A stretch of DNA of 62,924 nt, filler included, from Asterionella formosa (GCA_002256025.1; 16 parts of 16 records of this genome joined end to end with filler, not necessarily neighbours in it); one strand, 5' to 3'; positions 48,001 through 60,276 are shown, counted from the whole stretch's first letter. The notes: a model not told the origin generated them from the sequence alone. A program made the numbers and translations.

Positions 48001-49237
48001 ATACAGCACAATGATACTTGCGGCTTAGAAGAGAAGGGCGGAATCAATTGATGGTAAGGCAAGAGCAAATGCCTTTCATGTTCCTTGTCATGCTGCATCC
48101 ACTTCCTGAAATGAAGGATCTCAAGCAACACATGATGCGAAAATTGAAGTGACTATACAGCACGATAAGAATGAGTGAATATGATGGAGAAGGGCGGAAT
48201 CAACAAGCTGCCTGTGCATAGCATCACGGTTTGTCAAGAGCAAATGCCAAGATGATCATTTTCTGGGATTAAAAATACGGAATGACTTGTCCCGCCCCTT
48301 TCAGTGATTCAATAGCTCCTTTGCGATTGGTGGCTGGCCAACCATCAATGTGGACAAAAGAAATCGGTAAGTGCTATCAGCCATCTTTGGATCAATCTAC
48401 AACTGTTAGAAAAACTGACACATATGTGTTGCTTCTTTCAGGATGATGGTAGAGAAACAGTAATTGTAAGTTACAAAGAGCAGTGTTGGAGCCCATTTAT
48501 TCATCGATACTTTGCTTCTCATTCAATCTTCGACTGACACATTCTTCTACAGAAATATGCATCAGTTACTTCTTCAATTTGTGGTAAGTGATGGCAGATA
48601 GAAGCGAAAAGCATGTTGTTGTGTAAGCAAAACATGAACAGCTAACAATGAATTGCTTCTCTTTGTTAGTATGGCTGATTGGAACAACGAAACGGATTCA
48701 ATAGTGTATGAATGCAAACTCACAACAAACCTCAGGAGTAAGTGGGAAAAAGCAAGCAGGGGAACAACGGCAAGGCAACCAGTACAACAACCTTCAGAAT
48801 TGGATTGGGGGGAAGGTTGGAAGTGAAAGCGGCACCAACACCAATCATTGCGATGAGAGCATTGTAGAACATTCTGTAGCCACTAAAGATATAGAATCAT
48901 AGAACCATTCTTAGCTAAATATAGTTCTAAATTTCGATCAATTTCATCCTATTTTAGACAGTGATATCGATGAGAATTACGATCATGCTAAGATAGATGT
49001 ATGACAAAAGTATACACATCATGTGACCATGTTTAACTAATCATATGATGCAATGATATTATAACTATGATAGTCTCATCATACTTCAAGCTTGGTAAAA
49101 GTTTACTGCATGATCATAATTATATGATACATTGATCATTTTTTTGATTGAAAAACTATCATGCATTTGAAAATCCTGTGCCACTTAGCGTACGATACCC
49201 TTGATCATATTTTCATGATATTTTTTATTTACAGACG
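45005..49237 (+). mobile_element. 4233-bp TIR DNA transposon nested in Copia gag, with decayed IS630/Tc1-like DDE transposase remnants
   Basis: Terminal inverted repeats CGTCTG(C/T)AAATAAAAA..ATCAT; TGATCA-rich subterminal DNA; remnants at ~46340-47060 (SKG..VLREQE*IDP, SLRHLM, TPTWACLAELADEGI, KSRAYM). Confidence 0.7.
47915..48250. repeat. Degenerate ~155-175-bp tandem duplication
   Basis: Blocks TTTCATGTTCCTTGTCATGC, CCTGAAATGAAGGAT, ATACAGCAC, GAGAAGGGCGGAATCAA and CAAGAGCAAATGCC each occur twice in order. Confidence 0.75.
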
Positions 49238-51623
49238 AAAGAAATGTACCAAGTTTGGTTGCAGTTGGAGTAGTGGGCCGAAAGCGAGGGATAAAAGGGT
49301 TAGAAGAAGGAGAATGATCTCTGGAAGGTGCATCACTGTGAGAAGAGTTGTCATCTGGATCTGGATCAGGATCAGGAGGACATGGTTCGGGAAAGGACAA
49401 TCCATGGGAAAGTGGAGGAATCCCTGAGAGTATGGGGCGCTCGGTAGCAGTTCTAGAAGAACTGGGCATCGTGCGGTGATGTCTGCGGAGATAGTCAGCG
49501 GCAATAGTTTCCCAGAGCATCAAGTTCATCCCACATAAGAGGAATCATAGTAAGAGGGAGTGAAGCAGGAGGCGAAGATTGGTGAAACCGAGAACCAAAT
49601 GCTGGGCGCTAGCTATGGACAGAAGTGGCCTCATCAAGGATGGTGTGGAAGATAGACCCAGTGTGTTGGTGGTTCAGAATAGGAGGGAGGAAACGTTCTT
49701 GGAGTGACTGGTGGTGAAAGCAAGGACGACCAGGTCTGGTAGTAATATGTGCTTCTATTTGGCCTGGATCAGAGGAGACAGAAAAATCCATGGGTGGAGG
49801 ACAATCAGGAAGAGGAACTTGGCATGGGGAAGAACCAAGTTGGGTCTGGAGATCATGATATTGTGCAACAGAACCGCGAAAGAGATGAGGAACTGTTACA
49901 TGTGTCTCTGCAGGTGGTGAAGAATGAGAGAGTTGAGAGGAAGAAGTATGGGGGAGAAGCCGAGTGGAGCATTGAGGGGGCTGGGAGTACCGTGGCACAT
50001 GAGTCTGGCGGGAATGGGTCTGTTTAGTTTGCCTGGACATTCGAGGAAGGAATCAAAAAGAGAAGAGAATTAATTTAACTAGGATTTTGTAGGAAGACTA
50101 GAGGCAGAGTAGGGAGAAGAAGGTGGATGGCAAGTCTACACAGAGTTGAAGTAGTTTGGCTCAAGCTTCAATGTGTTCCAAACCAAAAGCAGCACTCAAA
50201 GGAAGCCCTCCTTGGCGTAGGAGATAGGCAACCACAAATGCCAGATTTTTCTTGCTGCAAAAGGCTAAAGCAAGTGGGAAGTAAAAGAAACCAGGTGAAT
50301 CAATGGAAGAGTAAATGTTCTTGGTTGAGGATTAGGTCAGCTTTGTTGCTTGGGAAGCCACAAAAGTGGAGAGTCAAGTGTAGGGAGGATGAGATTCTTG
50401 AGTCTATGAGGGTCCCTAATAAGTTGCGAGAAGAAGTGGAAGAAGGAGAGTTAGTTTGAATGTAGGTGTGATGATGGGAGCAGCGATGACAAATAAAACA
50501 CAAAATATACTCAACAATGAGAATATAATGAGGGCAACAGAGAGAAAGGTATATTTTGAGGTGGTAGAACAGCATGTACACAAGTACGTATAGTATATAT
50601 AACAGTGAAATGCCTACACAAGGATGCAGGTACATAAAATTTCAAACACACGTGGTGCAGGCTTGTTCGGTGACACGTAAGTATGTACCGACAGACATTA
50701 GTATTTTATTCCTTAGAAGAGAACGTAGGTATGTATCTGCAGAAGTACACGAGCACGCAATACGACAGTGTGGCCGGTGACACCGAAATGTGTACCAACG
50801 GAGGTTTTTAATATTTGAGCAAGCAGACCAGTATGACAGCATGGACGACGGTGCGGTCAGTGACACTTAAGGTTGCGGCCCTCGGCTTAACCCTAGTTTG
50901 GAGAAAACGTCGCTAGGGTTGTAAAAAGGCATGGAACAGGGAGTTTGCTGCTACGAGTTCCCATGATTTGAGCGTCCATTTGAATATTTGAATTAAATAG
51001 GAGTCGGCGCCAGATAGACAGAGTTCCATTTTAAACAAACAAAAATGATATTTAAACGTTTATACTATATCTACGTTGCTGAATGTAGACATAATTTTGT
51101 TCCATACCATAACACATAAATAAACCAGGAGTATGCCTAAATGTATACTCATGATCTTTTTCATCCGTTTATACCGGAGTAATGGTGTACTAGGGTACCT
51201 GGTACCAGTAGTACATAATCTCGGTTAATGACGATGGATGATGAAACTACCGGTGGTACTTATTTTACCTACCAGGTACCGGCCGGCACATTTTTGATGA
51301 AATTCTACCAAATTAGTATTTTTCTGTAGGGTTCCAGTAGTGTTCTACTCTGGACAGGTCAATCCTGTCCGGTACCCCTCCCTTGCTTGACCGTGGTGAA
51401 AATATGGTGTAGAGAAAGGCAAAAATTCCACCCAGTAGTACTGGGGTAGAATTTTTTTCACATTTTGGTAGAATATTCTACCAACGGACGACCGATGGAA
51501 CCCTGCAGTATGCCATGGTATTGTCCAAGAAATTCTACCATGATACAACATGGTATGAAATGGGATTGAAGTAAAAAATTAAACTAAATATCAACATGGG
51601 GACAATGCCAACAAGAAGAGGAA

Positions 51624-53377
51624 ATGAACCGCCCTACACAATCCCCTTTTTACAAGAGTGTCCTAGTTGCTATGATGTCATACAGAGATGGCATAGAATA
51701 TTCTAAAAGCTACAAGCTTAGTCCAGAGGAACTTGGGGAAGTTACACATGAGGATGTCTATAAATGGATGGCTATGAAAGTCTATGGCCGTCCTGATCCA
51801 AACAATGATGAAAATCCAACACATGGCTGGTCTTCTTCCCTGGAATACTACAAAAAGGCATTGTCGTATTTTATGCCAAATCGACTCTCCACTTGGAATG
51901 CTATTATGCACAGTGGCAATCCAACAAGGTCTGTGCCTGGTGTCAATAACCTCATCATGGCAGTAGAAAAGAAGGAAGTGCGCAGAAAAGGGAAACCATC
52001 GCGACCCCTAGAATCCCAAGAGTTCTCCAACACAATGCATATCCTTCATTCATTCAAGGACAGTATCCATCGGTATCAGTTGCCTGCACTGTGTGCCTTT
52101 CAATGCCACATGGTTGGCCAAATTGACGATTGTGTGCAATTAACAAAAATAAACCTAACTGCAAATCTTCGATTTCCTTTCACTCTGATGGCCAAGCTGT
52201 GTGGGACAAAAACGCTAAAGAAGAGAGGGAGGCACCAAACCAGGTACTCATTGCATCCATGTTGCAAGACTATTGCATTCTCCTTGCCTTGGCCATTCAT
52301 CTTGAGACAGAATGTATGGAACAAGGCGCATCACCCGAAAATCCATGGGTGTTTTCGCTACAAACCAGCCAACAATCAATCAAATGCTAAAAGAAAGGAC
52401 TATACAATTCTGCGTGATGATGTATGGGGAAGTAGTGAGTTCAAATGAATGAACAATGGTTTGATTGGCACACACAGCCTTCCGAAGTACCCATCAACAC
52501 ATGCACGTCGAAATGGCTGCTCCTGGTATGATGTTGCCTTCCGTGGACGCTGGAAACGGCGCACAGAACAAGTTGACACTTACATTGATGTTGAGCTACC
52601 TTATCCAGACGCCAAGGTTGCGGCAGCCCTTGTATTGGCGGCCCATGCAAGTATGTTCTGAATGAAGAAAGCGGTGTGTCTGATGATTGGCTTCTGCAAT
52701 ATGTAGTGCCAAATATGTGCATGGAGTTTCCACGTAATGTGGCAGTAACGCTGGCAGGTCCACTCCTTGTTTTTTGGGCGGTTTTTGAGCCAAGTCTACT
52801 GGGTTTCTTACCAGTCCAGCTGACACAACGGATCCAGATGGCATACGCACTTTTTCATAGTAGTAATCTACCACCAGGTACAAATCCTGTGGGGAAACGG
52901 CTAATTGTTGTGAATGGTGCAGAGGCGGAACTCTACATTGACGAGATCTGGGATCCAGATGAGTTTTCGAACAATGTGGGGAACAATGTGGGTGTCAGAT
53001 GAGTTTTCGAACAATGTGGGGAACAATGTGGGTGAATAAGTCGCTGACGTGTCAACAGGAGTAGCTGCAGTTTCAACAGTAAATAATGGAGGAGGAGGCA
53101 TACAGCAAGAATGGGAAGTTGGAATTACAGGACGAAAACCAGCAAGGATATTTACAAGGGGGCCGGGCAGAGAGGGGAGGACACAATTTATCTATTATTG
53201 ACGCAAGGTTTTCTGGGATACAGTGGTGGCAGGTCTTGTTCAAGCTGGGTACACTGCACATGCTGTAATTGACCTAATCTATGAGGCATGTGGTCCAGAG
53301 AAGACTGTTACTCAAATTCTCAACCAAATGTTGAAAGATCGCCGCAATGGTGGGCATCCACAACTACGTGTCTAACT
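51624..53377 (+). mobile_element. Crypton (stramenopile-type) tyrosine-recombinase transposon, frameshifted
   Basis: YYKKALSYFMPNR, GNPTRS, HMVGQIDD (R-box decayed), WDKNAKEEREAP, GTHSLPK (HxxR decayed), RGRWK, VDTYID (nucleophile Tyr), PYPDAKVAAAL, C-terminal EWEVGITGRKPA..KVFWD. Confidence 0.85.
52956..53034. repeat. 40-bp tandem duplication with nested 12-bp repeat inside the Crypton
   Basis: CAGATGAGTTTTC-GAACAATGTGGG-GAACAATGTGGG-TG twice. Confidence 0.9.
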
Positions 53378-53776
53378 AGATTTACATATTAACTATTAGG
53401 AAACTACTACATGCTTACATTCCATTCTCCTTTGATTTACAATTTAAATTCTGACTTTATTTTATTTTCGCATAGCACTGCAGCCGATCTGGAGCAGGTG
53501 AGTAAATTCAATTCAACCAATCAGAATATGTGTAGTGACACGGGAACTTAGTACCCTGGAGTCTTTTCGGACAGAGAATTATTCAGCAAAACATAACTAT
53601 GCAAGACTCTAAGTCTACAAGAACGTTTTTGCACATACTAATTCCGATTTCAATATTTTGGTTACTGTTGAAAAAACCGATCGGGTCGACTTTTTGGAAG
53701 AGGATTGCTCTACATCTACGGGGTTTCATGACGATTAAAATAGATAGCCGTGTGCCCTATAACGTCAGGATTTAAC

Positions 53777-53904
53777 TTCTGGAGAGAAGTGGCAGTTATG
53801 TATCGTAGATTTTTTGAAAAGCTTCGTAGCCCCTTTTTTTTTTTGACTATTTTTGCGGTAGTTACGAATCTATGAGGATACATAACTGTCACTTCTCTCC
53901 AGAA
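53777..53904. repeat. 28-bp inverted repeat with 72-bp spacer
   Basis: TTCTGGAGAGAAGTGGCAGTTATGTATC (53777-53804) pairs with GATACATAACTGTCACTTCTCTCCAGAA (53877-53904), one G-T pair. Confidence 0.9.
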
Positions 53905-54440
53905 ATGGGGTCCTTACCATATCTGTATATAGATCATACCCCTAAGTCGCGAAATGACTGTATCTAAGCATCTGCAAAGTGGTTGTAATGGTGAAAGCTA
54001 ATTTAACCTTTAATCCTTACACGAAGATCTGGTTCAACGAGAATGAACCAATTATCTACCAGATACTCGTACACAGGTTTACGTATGACGATCGATGCAG
54101 CAAAAATATGCCCAAGAACGAGAAGGATTTGCGACGAAACCAAAAACAAAACGCTGATGTGTCGCGAAGAATGAAAGGAAGGCAACCTTAGAATGCCAAA
54201 TATCACTCTTTTACTCAATACAATTGTGTACTGCTGCTGTGCACTAGTGTAGTATATATCTAGACTGATGTAGCAGACAAATGAATGACGTAAAAACAAG
54301 CGAATAAGAATGAGAATTTGTGGTCGGCGCCGATGGTGAAATCGAATTAACAATCAACAATGTCGTTTTGTTCAAGGAAACAGCTTGAGCTCATAACCCG
54401 CTGTGAAAGAGGATAAGATAGCGAACGACGACGAGGACGA

Positions 54441-54475
54441 AGGAGGAGGAGGAGGAGGAGGAGGAGGAGGAGGAG
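54441..54475. repeat. (AGG)n microsatellite
   Basis: About 11 perfect AGG units. Confidence 0.95.
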
Positions 54476-56418
54476 AGTAGGGTGAGTCAATTAACGAAAC
54501 TGACAAGCTTAATAGGAGTTTTTAAGGGGTATGTTAAAAAGAGTGATTATAGTAAAGTAAAAGTAAATAGATACAAACATAGAAGAACAGTAACACAGGT
54601 AGAGGCAACCATCAGTGTCTGACATACAGACATTCACGATGGATATAGTCTACTATTGATTTATAAAACATGTTTTCTTGTCGATCTCTGACATACTAGC
54701 TAGTATGCAGCAAAATTGTAAGTGAACTTTGGGTTGTAGTATGTTGTGATAGTTGCATGATGGGAATGCGACCACTCTTCTAACAGCTCGTTGCATGTGT
54801 GGATGTGATTTTAAAATAGAATGTTGGTGACTAGATATCATGACAGCCATGAAAATGTTTGTTTGATTATCTAGTCATCTGATTTATTCTGTTACCATCC
54901 ATGCCTAGTAGTATAGTGTCATACTTCTTCGTTTTTGTCACCAATTCAAGCCCAATTGATTGCCAACAACTATCATCGATTTACCACCCTGTTCTTATTG
55001 CTAGAAAAACCCCTTCGAATGTGTTCGTCTATTAATTACAGACTTCAAGTTTTAAACTCTGGCTGGCGCTTTTTTGATTGTTGACTTTATTCAAGAAGCT
55101 TTCTGGATTCTCTATCACCATGTCATGCAAATTTGTCACTGCGGGTCCACCATTTGTTGCAAGCTGATAAAGCAGGTCGGGTAGTTGAAAATTCATACAA
55201 ATAACATGATTCTTTGANNNNNNNNNNNNNNNNNNNNNNNNNNNNNNNNNNNNNNNNNNNNTTAATTAATTAANNNNNNNNNNNNNNNNNNNNNNNNNNN
55301 NNNNNNNNNNNNNNNNNAGCTATCACTTATCACATACTGGCTTACAACTGGTGGGACCATTTTTCTTTTGATAGATCCCATCATCTGCTGCTTGTTATGC
55401 TTGTTCGAGCGGATCGGTGAGTACAACAATGAAACACTGGATGACTATTTATTGAATTTCTGATTTCATTTCTTTCATGATCTATTTCGATCACTTCCGT
55501 TGTTATTTGACATTCCATACTGTCATTTTGGTTTGATTGTATCTATGTACACAAAGTCTGATGTAGGTATCAGTGCCTAATCTTTGAAGAAGTATTGTTG
55601 TTGATCACATTTGTTGACCATGGTGTCAATATTGCCGCCAAGCAATGCTTTTTGTACTAATGCGCTTTGCTACATTTCTACTTCGAGTTCGTATTGATAG
55701 CTGGAACGGGAATTGCTGCTATGCACCGGCAATTTCCACTCTAGCTATCGTCTTGCCATTCGGGTATTTCTAAGTAATTTTTAGGCTTTTAAGTAATTTC
55801 TTGAGTAATTTTTGTTTTAGGGTAAAATGGGGCACATCGAATTTTTCGGCAATAAAATTGCCGATTTTAGCATGACAACCAGAATAACGGTAATATGCAT
55901 AGAGATGGTACAACAAACGTAAAACACACAAGAATGATTGTAACATGCAACGTCAACGAAAATTGAACATGATGTTTGGAGCAACCAAAGTATGAAATGC
56001 GATGTCATAAGTAGCATCAAATGAGAAATAGAAAAGATTGTTTTGGGATAGAAATGATGTAAAAAATAAGAGTTTCAATGGAGATGTATGCATTGTGACA
56101 TTGTAGTACTTACACAGGCAATTGAATTTCCATCACCACACAATCAACGACTGAAATAAGAAGGGAAAAAGCTGAACCCAATCTTGACCTGCATGGTTAT
56201 GTAGTGTAGATCTCCTTGCTGTAACCATGCACATCGCTGTAGGAGTTTGACACAAGTTGCAGTCCTTCCGCCCACAGTCCTCATTCCTCCCATCAAACAA
56301 CCCTGATCATCATTCCATNNNNNNNNNNNNNNNNNNNNNNNNNNNNNNNNNNNNNNNNNNNNTTAATTAATTAANNNNNNNNNNNNNNNNNNNNNNNNNN
56401 NNNNNNNNNNNNNNNNNN

Positions 56419-56695
56419 CGATTTTTGCTGTTTGTCGTGATGATCAACTTGGCGGGGCTCACAGCTGATGGATGTTGCACGATAAGTGTGTTGCTGAGGG
56501 TCGCCTTTCTATCGTAGTAAACAGGTGTCTTTTTTACGAGAGTGGGATCAATAGATACAAACATGGTTAGAATTGAACGGTTGATCACAGATCACTGCAG
56601 GATCATAGCTGCATCCTCACCTGTGCAGTAACCAACATAGGTGTCCACAATGAGCCAGTCATGGTGAGACCAACTAAGAGTAAAAGTCCATTCAT
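56419..56695 (-). CDS. 5' fragment of a putative secreted protein (exons 56695-56621 and 56528-contig end)
   Basis: MNGLLLLVGLTMTGSLWTPMLVTAQ signal-like exon, 92-bp intron GTGAGG...CTAAC...AAAG, next exon open (TPVYYDRKATL) to the contig edge. Confidence 0.45.
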
Positions 56696-57608
56696 GTCGC
56701 ATCGATCACTAAAGTGTTTGATTCTTTGGGTTTAAGTTTCGCCTTGGAGCCAACAGTTGAAACACTCGCTCAGTGAGCCGATGTACCGATACCGGAACCG
56801 GTTCTAGTATGGAAAAATAATCCTATGTTGATGCCTCAGAAGCTGGAATAAGGGCGACAAGATATCGGGGATACCCGTACCGGTAGTCTATGTACTCTAT
56901 TCAACCTCCCGTGGTCTCATAAATGAAAGTGGATCGGTATCTTTTTTCTTTTCAGCATGGTACGTAGTGTATGTAATTCAAGGGGCAATTAAATTTCGGA
57001 AATTTTGTCGAATAGAATTTTTTTTGATCTGTGTATCCCAACAAAATTTCTCAAATTATATGTTATTCATTACCGTTTATATTTATATGGACTGACTCCA
57101 GAGTCCGTTCCAGCTAGCGGTAATTCGCCTCCACATACCGGTAGCTAATGCAGTTACCGGTATGCCGGTATATTCCCGGCATATCGTTTGTTATGGAAGT
57201 CTGTTTCAGGAAAAGGCATTTGCCGGGTAGGCTTAAAAAGTCGAAACTAATACAGATTGTACTGTGAGGGAGTAATCGAAGTATCTTGACAGCGAGACCA
57301 AAAGCATTGTTGGGGAAACAAGTGTAGGGGCTTTGATCTTGCTCTGCTGATGTAGATATCAAGTTGTAGATCCACCTATATACATACCGACGGAAAGAAT
57401 AGAGGGCTTTAATATTTTTNNNNNNNNNNNNNNNNNNNNNNNNNNNNNNNNNNNNNNNNNNNNTTAATTAATTAANNNNNNNNNNNNNNNNNNNNNNNNN
57501 NNNNNNNNNNNNNNNNNNNTCCTGTCACCACTTTCCTCGGCTACAATATATCATACCCTTGTATACCATTCATAACAACAACAACGACATTGCTCATCAT
57601 CCATCATT

Positions 57609-58508
57609 ATGCCTTCTGATGCAGGCACGCTAGTGACTACTGGCATCGCCTTGGGGGTGCTTCATGTCTTGACTGGTCCAGACCATTTATCCGCCATTTG
57701 CACTCTATCCGCCAGTGTATCCTCCTGTCGGACTTCCTTTGGTTTAGGGGTACGATGGGGCGTAGGACATTCCATTGGATTGTTACTGGTAGGAATTATT
57801 CTGATCGCCATTTTGGACGCATCGTCAGGTACGCTGGAAGTGCCTGAGCCAGTGTCAAGGTCGTTCGAAGCGTTGGTTGGGGTATTTATGATTCTTTTGG
57901 GTTTCTATGGGTTGGCACTGGCGCAAAGGAAACGACGTGATGCCAACAACAGCAGTGCTCAAGACATTGCAGTCCATGAAAGGACTAGTATCGAGCCAAA
58001 CAGTGTGTCTGAGGTGGACGTCGATGATGATCCAGAAGATGCATTGGTGGTGAAAGTATCAGCTGACGACGATATGCCAGGATCAGGTCGACCACAGCTT
58101 TCAGTGGACGCCGAACTAAATCAATGTGGTCCGGTAGTAGAAGCACATGCTCATGAGCATTTTGCATGTTGCCTATTCTTCACAAGCAAACTGTCCACCA
58201 CTTCCATGGCCCTATTAATGGGCATTGTGCATGGATTTGCTGGCCCAGGTGGGGTATTGGGTGTCATTCCTGCAGTTCAAATCAGAGATGCAAAGTTGGC
58301 CACATTATACCTTGGTACTTTTTGCATAACATCCACATTTACCATGGGGTGCTTTGCAAGTCTTTTTGGAGTGATGAGTAGATGGGTGGGGGTCAAAAGT
58401 GGGTGGGAGTTTAAGGTTGAATGCACCTCTGCATGTTTGAGTATAGTGGTGGGAATTACTTGGTTAGTCTTGACAGCTATTGGCAAGTTGGATGTTGTCT
58501 TTCCTTGA
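57609..58508 (+). CDS. Nickel/cobalt transporter, NicO/UreH-like
   Basis: LHVLTGPDHL (HxxxxDH Ni motif), WGVGHS, His/acidic loop (HAHEH), GIVHGFAGPGG, about 6 TMs. Confidence 0.88.
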   Translation: MPSDAGTLVTTGIALGVLHVLTGPDHLSAICTLSASVSSCRTSFGLGVRWGVGHSIGLLLVGIILIAILDASSGTLEVPEPVSRSFEALVGVFMILLGFYGLALAQRKRRDANNSSAQDIAVHERTSIEPNSVSEVDVDDDPEDALVVKVSADDDMPGSGRPQLSVDAELNQCGPVVEAHAHEHFACCLFFTSKLSTTSMALLMGIVHGFAGPGGVLGVIPAVQIRDAKLATLYLGTFCITSTFTMGCFASLFGVMSRWVGVKSGWEFKVECTSACLSIVVGITWLVLTAIGKLDVVFP

Positions 58509-58759
58509 AATATCATGGTANNNNNNNNNNNNNNNNNNNNNNNNNNNNNNNNNNNNNNNNNNNNTTAATTAATTAANNNNNNNNNNNNNNNNNNNNNNNN
58601 NNNNNNNNNNNNNNNNNNNNATAGATGATACAATAGACAGTAGTACCTGGTACCAGTACTCACACACAAGTAGACTCGAACATGCATATTCATATATGAG
58701 TATATCTATCATGTCTTCTAAACTATTGACCAAGACTGCTGTGTTCCATCAGTTGTCTG

Positions 58760-59330
58760 GCACTTGGGCTGACATGGACTAGAACTCTTGTATCCTACTA
58801 TATGATTCTTCAGATCATTTTCGGCCTAACTCATGGTTCCTTGAGCATTTGGTTGCGGTTCTCAAGGCGGATGATTGTCAAAGTGCTTCGGACTAAGAAT
58901 GAAGATGCCATTGTTCGACTACCTACTGCAGCTGAAACCACTTTATTTGCATCCATGATTCATAAGAAGCAAGTACCCTTCGATAATTTTTTTTGTTGGG
59001 GAGCAATGATGGATGGTCTGAAACTCAACCTGCAGTGACCTGGAAATGAAAGGCAGCAAAACTATTTCTACAATGGGTGGACTCATGAACACTATGTGAC
59101 AAACTTATTTTTTTCTCCTGATGGAAAAATTCGTTGCTCTTATTGTAATGCACCAGGTGTTCTCCACGACTCCACCATGGCAATTTGGTCTTCGATCTAC
59201 TATGATCAAATTGAAATGGTTTACAGGGATACAGGTATAAAAGTAGTTGTGGATTCAGCATTTGCAACTAAGAATCAAATGCAATGCTGAAATCCCATGA
59301 AAATAATGTGGATGGAAATGGTAATCCTTG
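58760..59330 (+). mobile_element. PIF/Harbinger-type (DDE_Tnp_4-like) transposase pseudogene fragment
   Basis: FGLTHGSLSIWLRF, GAMMDGLKL, QNYFYNGWTHEHYV, FSPDGKI, NAPGVLHDS, KVVVDSAF with stop and frameshift. Confidence 0.85.
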
Positions 59331-60276
59331 ACAAAGATTTGGCATTGGATTACCAATCTTACCAATTCTGTCTATTTGCCCAATATATACATACCGAAGC
59401 TTGAATGAATCATTTAAAATGTGCAGAAGATGGTCCCAAATTGGGACGCTAGCTATGAAACAAATCTTGATATAGTCAAAGATACTTCATTGAGAGACCA
59501 ATGCTGAGACAAGGTAGTGGCGCAAATGAAGGATTTTGGATGGTGGTAACAGTAAGGCAGGTACAGGGCCATGTACTTTCTGAAGTTCCTGACAATTGAT
59601 ATATGTTATATTTATGTAACCNNNNNNNNNNNNNNNNNNNNNNNNNNNNNNNNNNNNNNNNNNNNTTAATTAATTAANNNNNNNNNNNNNNNNNNNNNNN
59701 NNNNNNNNNNNNNNNNNNNNNATTGTGGAATAATTTGATGGATGGATCGTGAAAGCGTGTTGGTGCAGCAAGTGGGTGAGCGTTGGATGTTGTGTACCCA
59801 GGTACCGGTAAAAATATGTAGAAGTAGCTATGATTTTTGGACCGCAGTCTAATTTTTATGCTCTGACTTCAAATTTAGTACATCCCATATATAATGTAGC
59901 GTATAGTACTATTTTGAGAATGCTGATGTACCAGTACACTACCGGTAACGGAGTAAAAAATAAGGAAATTGCAGGAGAGGACCTCAATATTTTCTCAATC
60001 TGGTGGCTGGCTTCTTCGTCTTGCGATGAATCTTGACGGAATCTTCACAATTGGACCTACTCGACTCCATCTGCTTCGTTTTCTTCTTATAAGAAACTTT
60101 ATCAGTTCTATGCGAAGGCCGACGTCAATATAGGCAGTGAATCATACGACAATATCGTCATGCTGAGAAGAATAACCTGTACCAGGTACACAACTATGAA
60201 CATGAATGCATCAAGCATGCAAACACATAGCCCAACGAAATAATTCACTGTACCAGGTACCAGGTACCACTTAAAA

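Larger units (their letters stand above)
39085..50865 (-). mobile_element. Decayed near-full-length Ty1/Copia LTR retrotransposon with two nested insertions
   Basis: Minus-strand order: putative 5' LTR starting TGTCA at 50865, gag-like ORFs (49529-49238, 45004-43800), protease VDTGAN (~43370), HHCC zinc finger + integrase (43000-42050), RT (41770-41425 and 40500-40200, ATDD), RNase H (EDNSAA..NLADHFTKAL, 39680-39140), polypurine tract GAGATGGGGGGG at the scaffold edge; many frameshifts. Confidence 0.8.
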
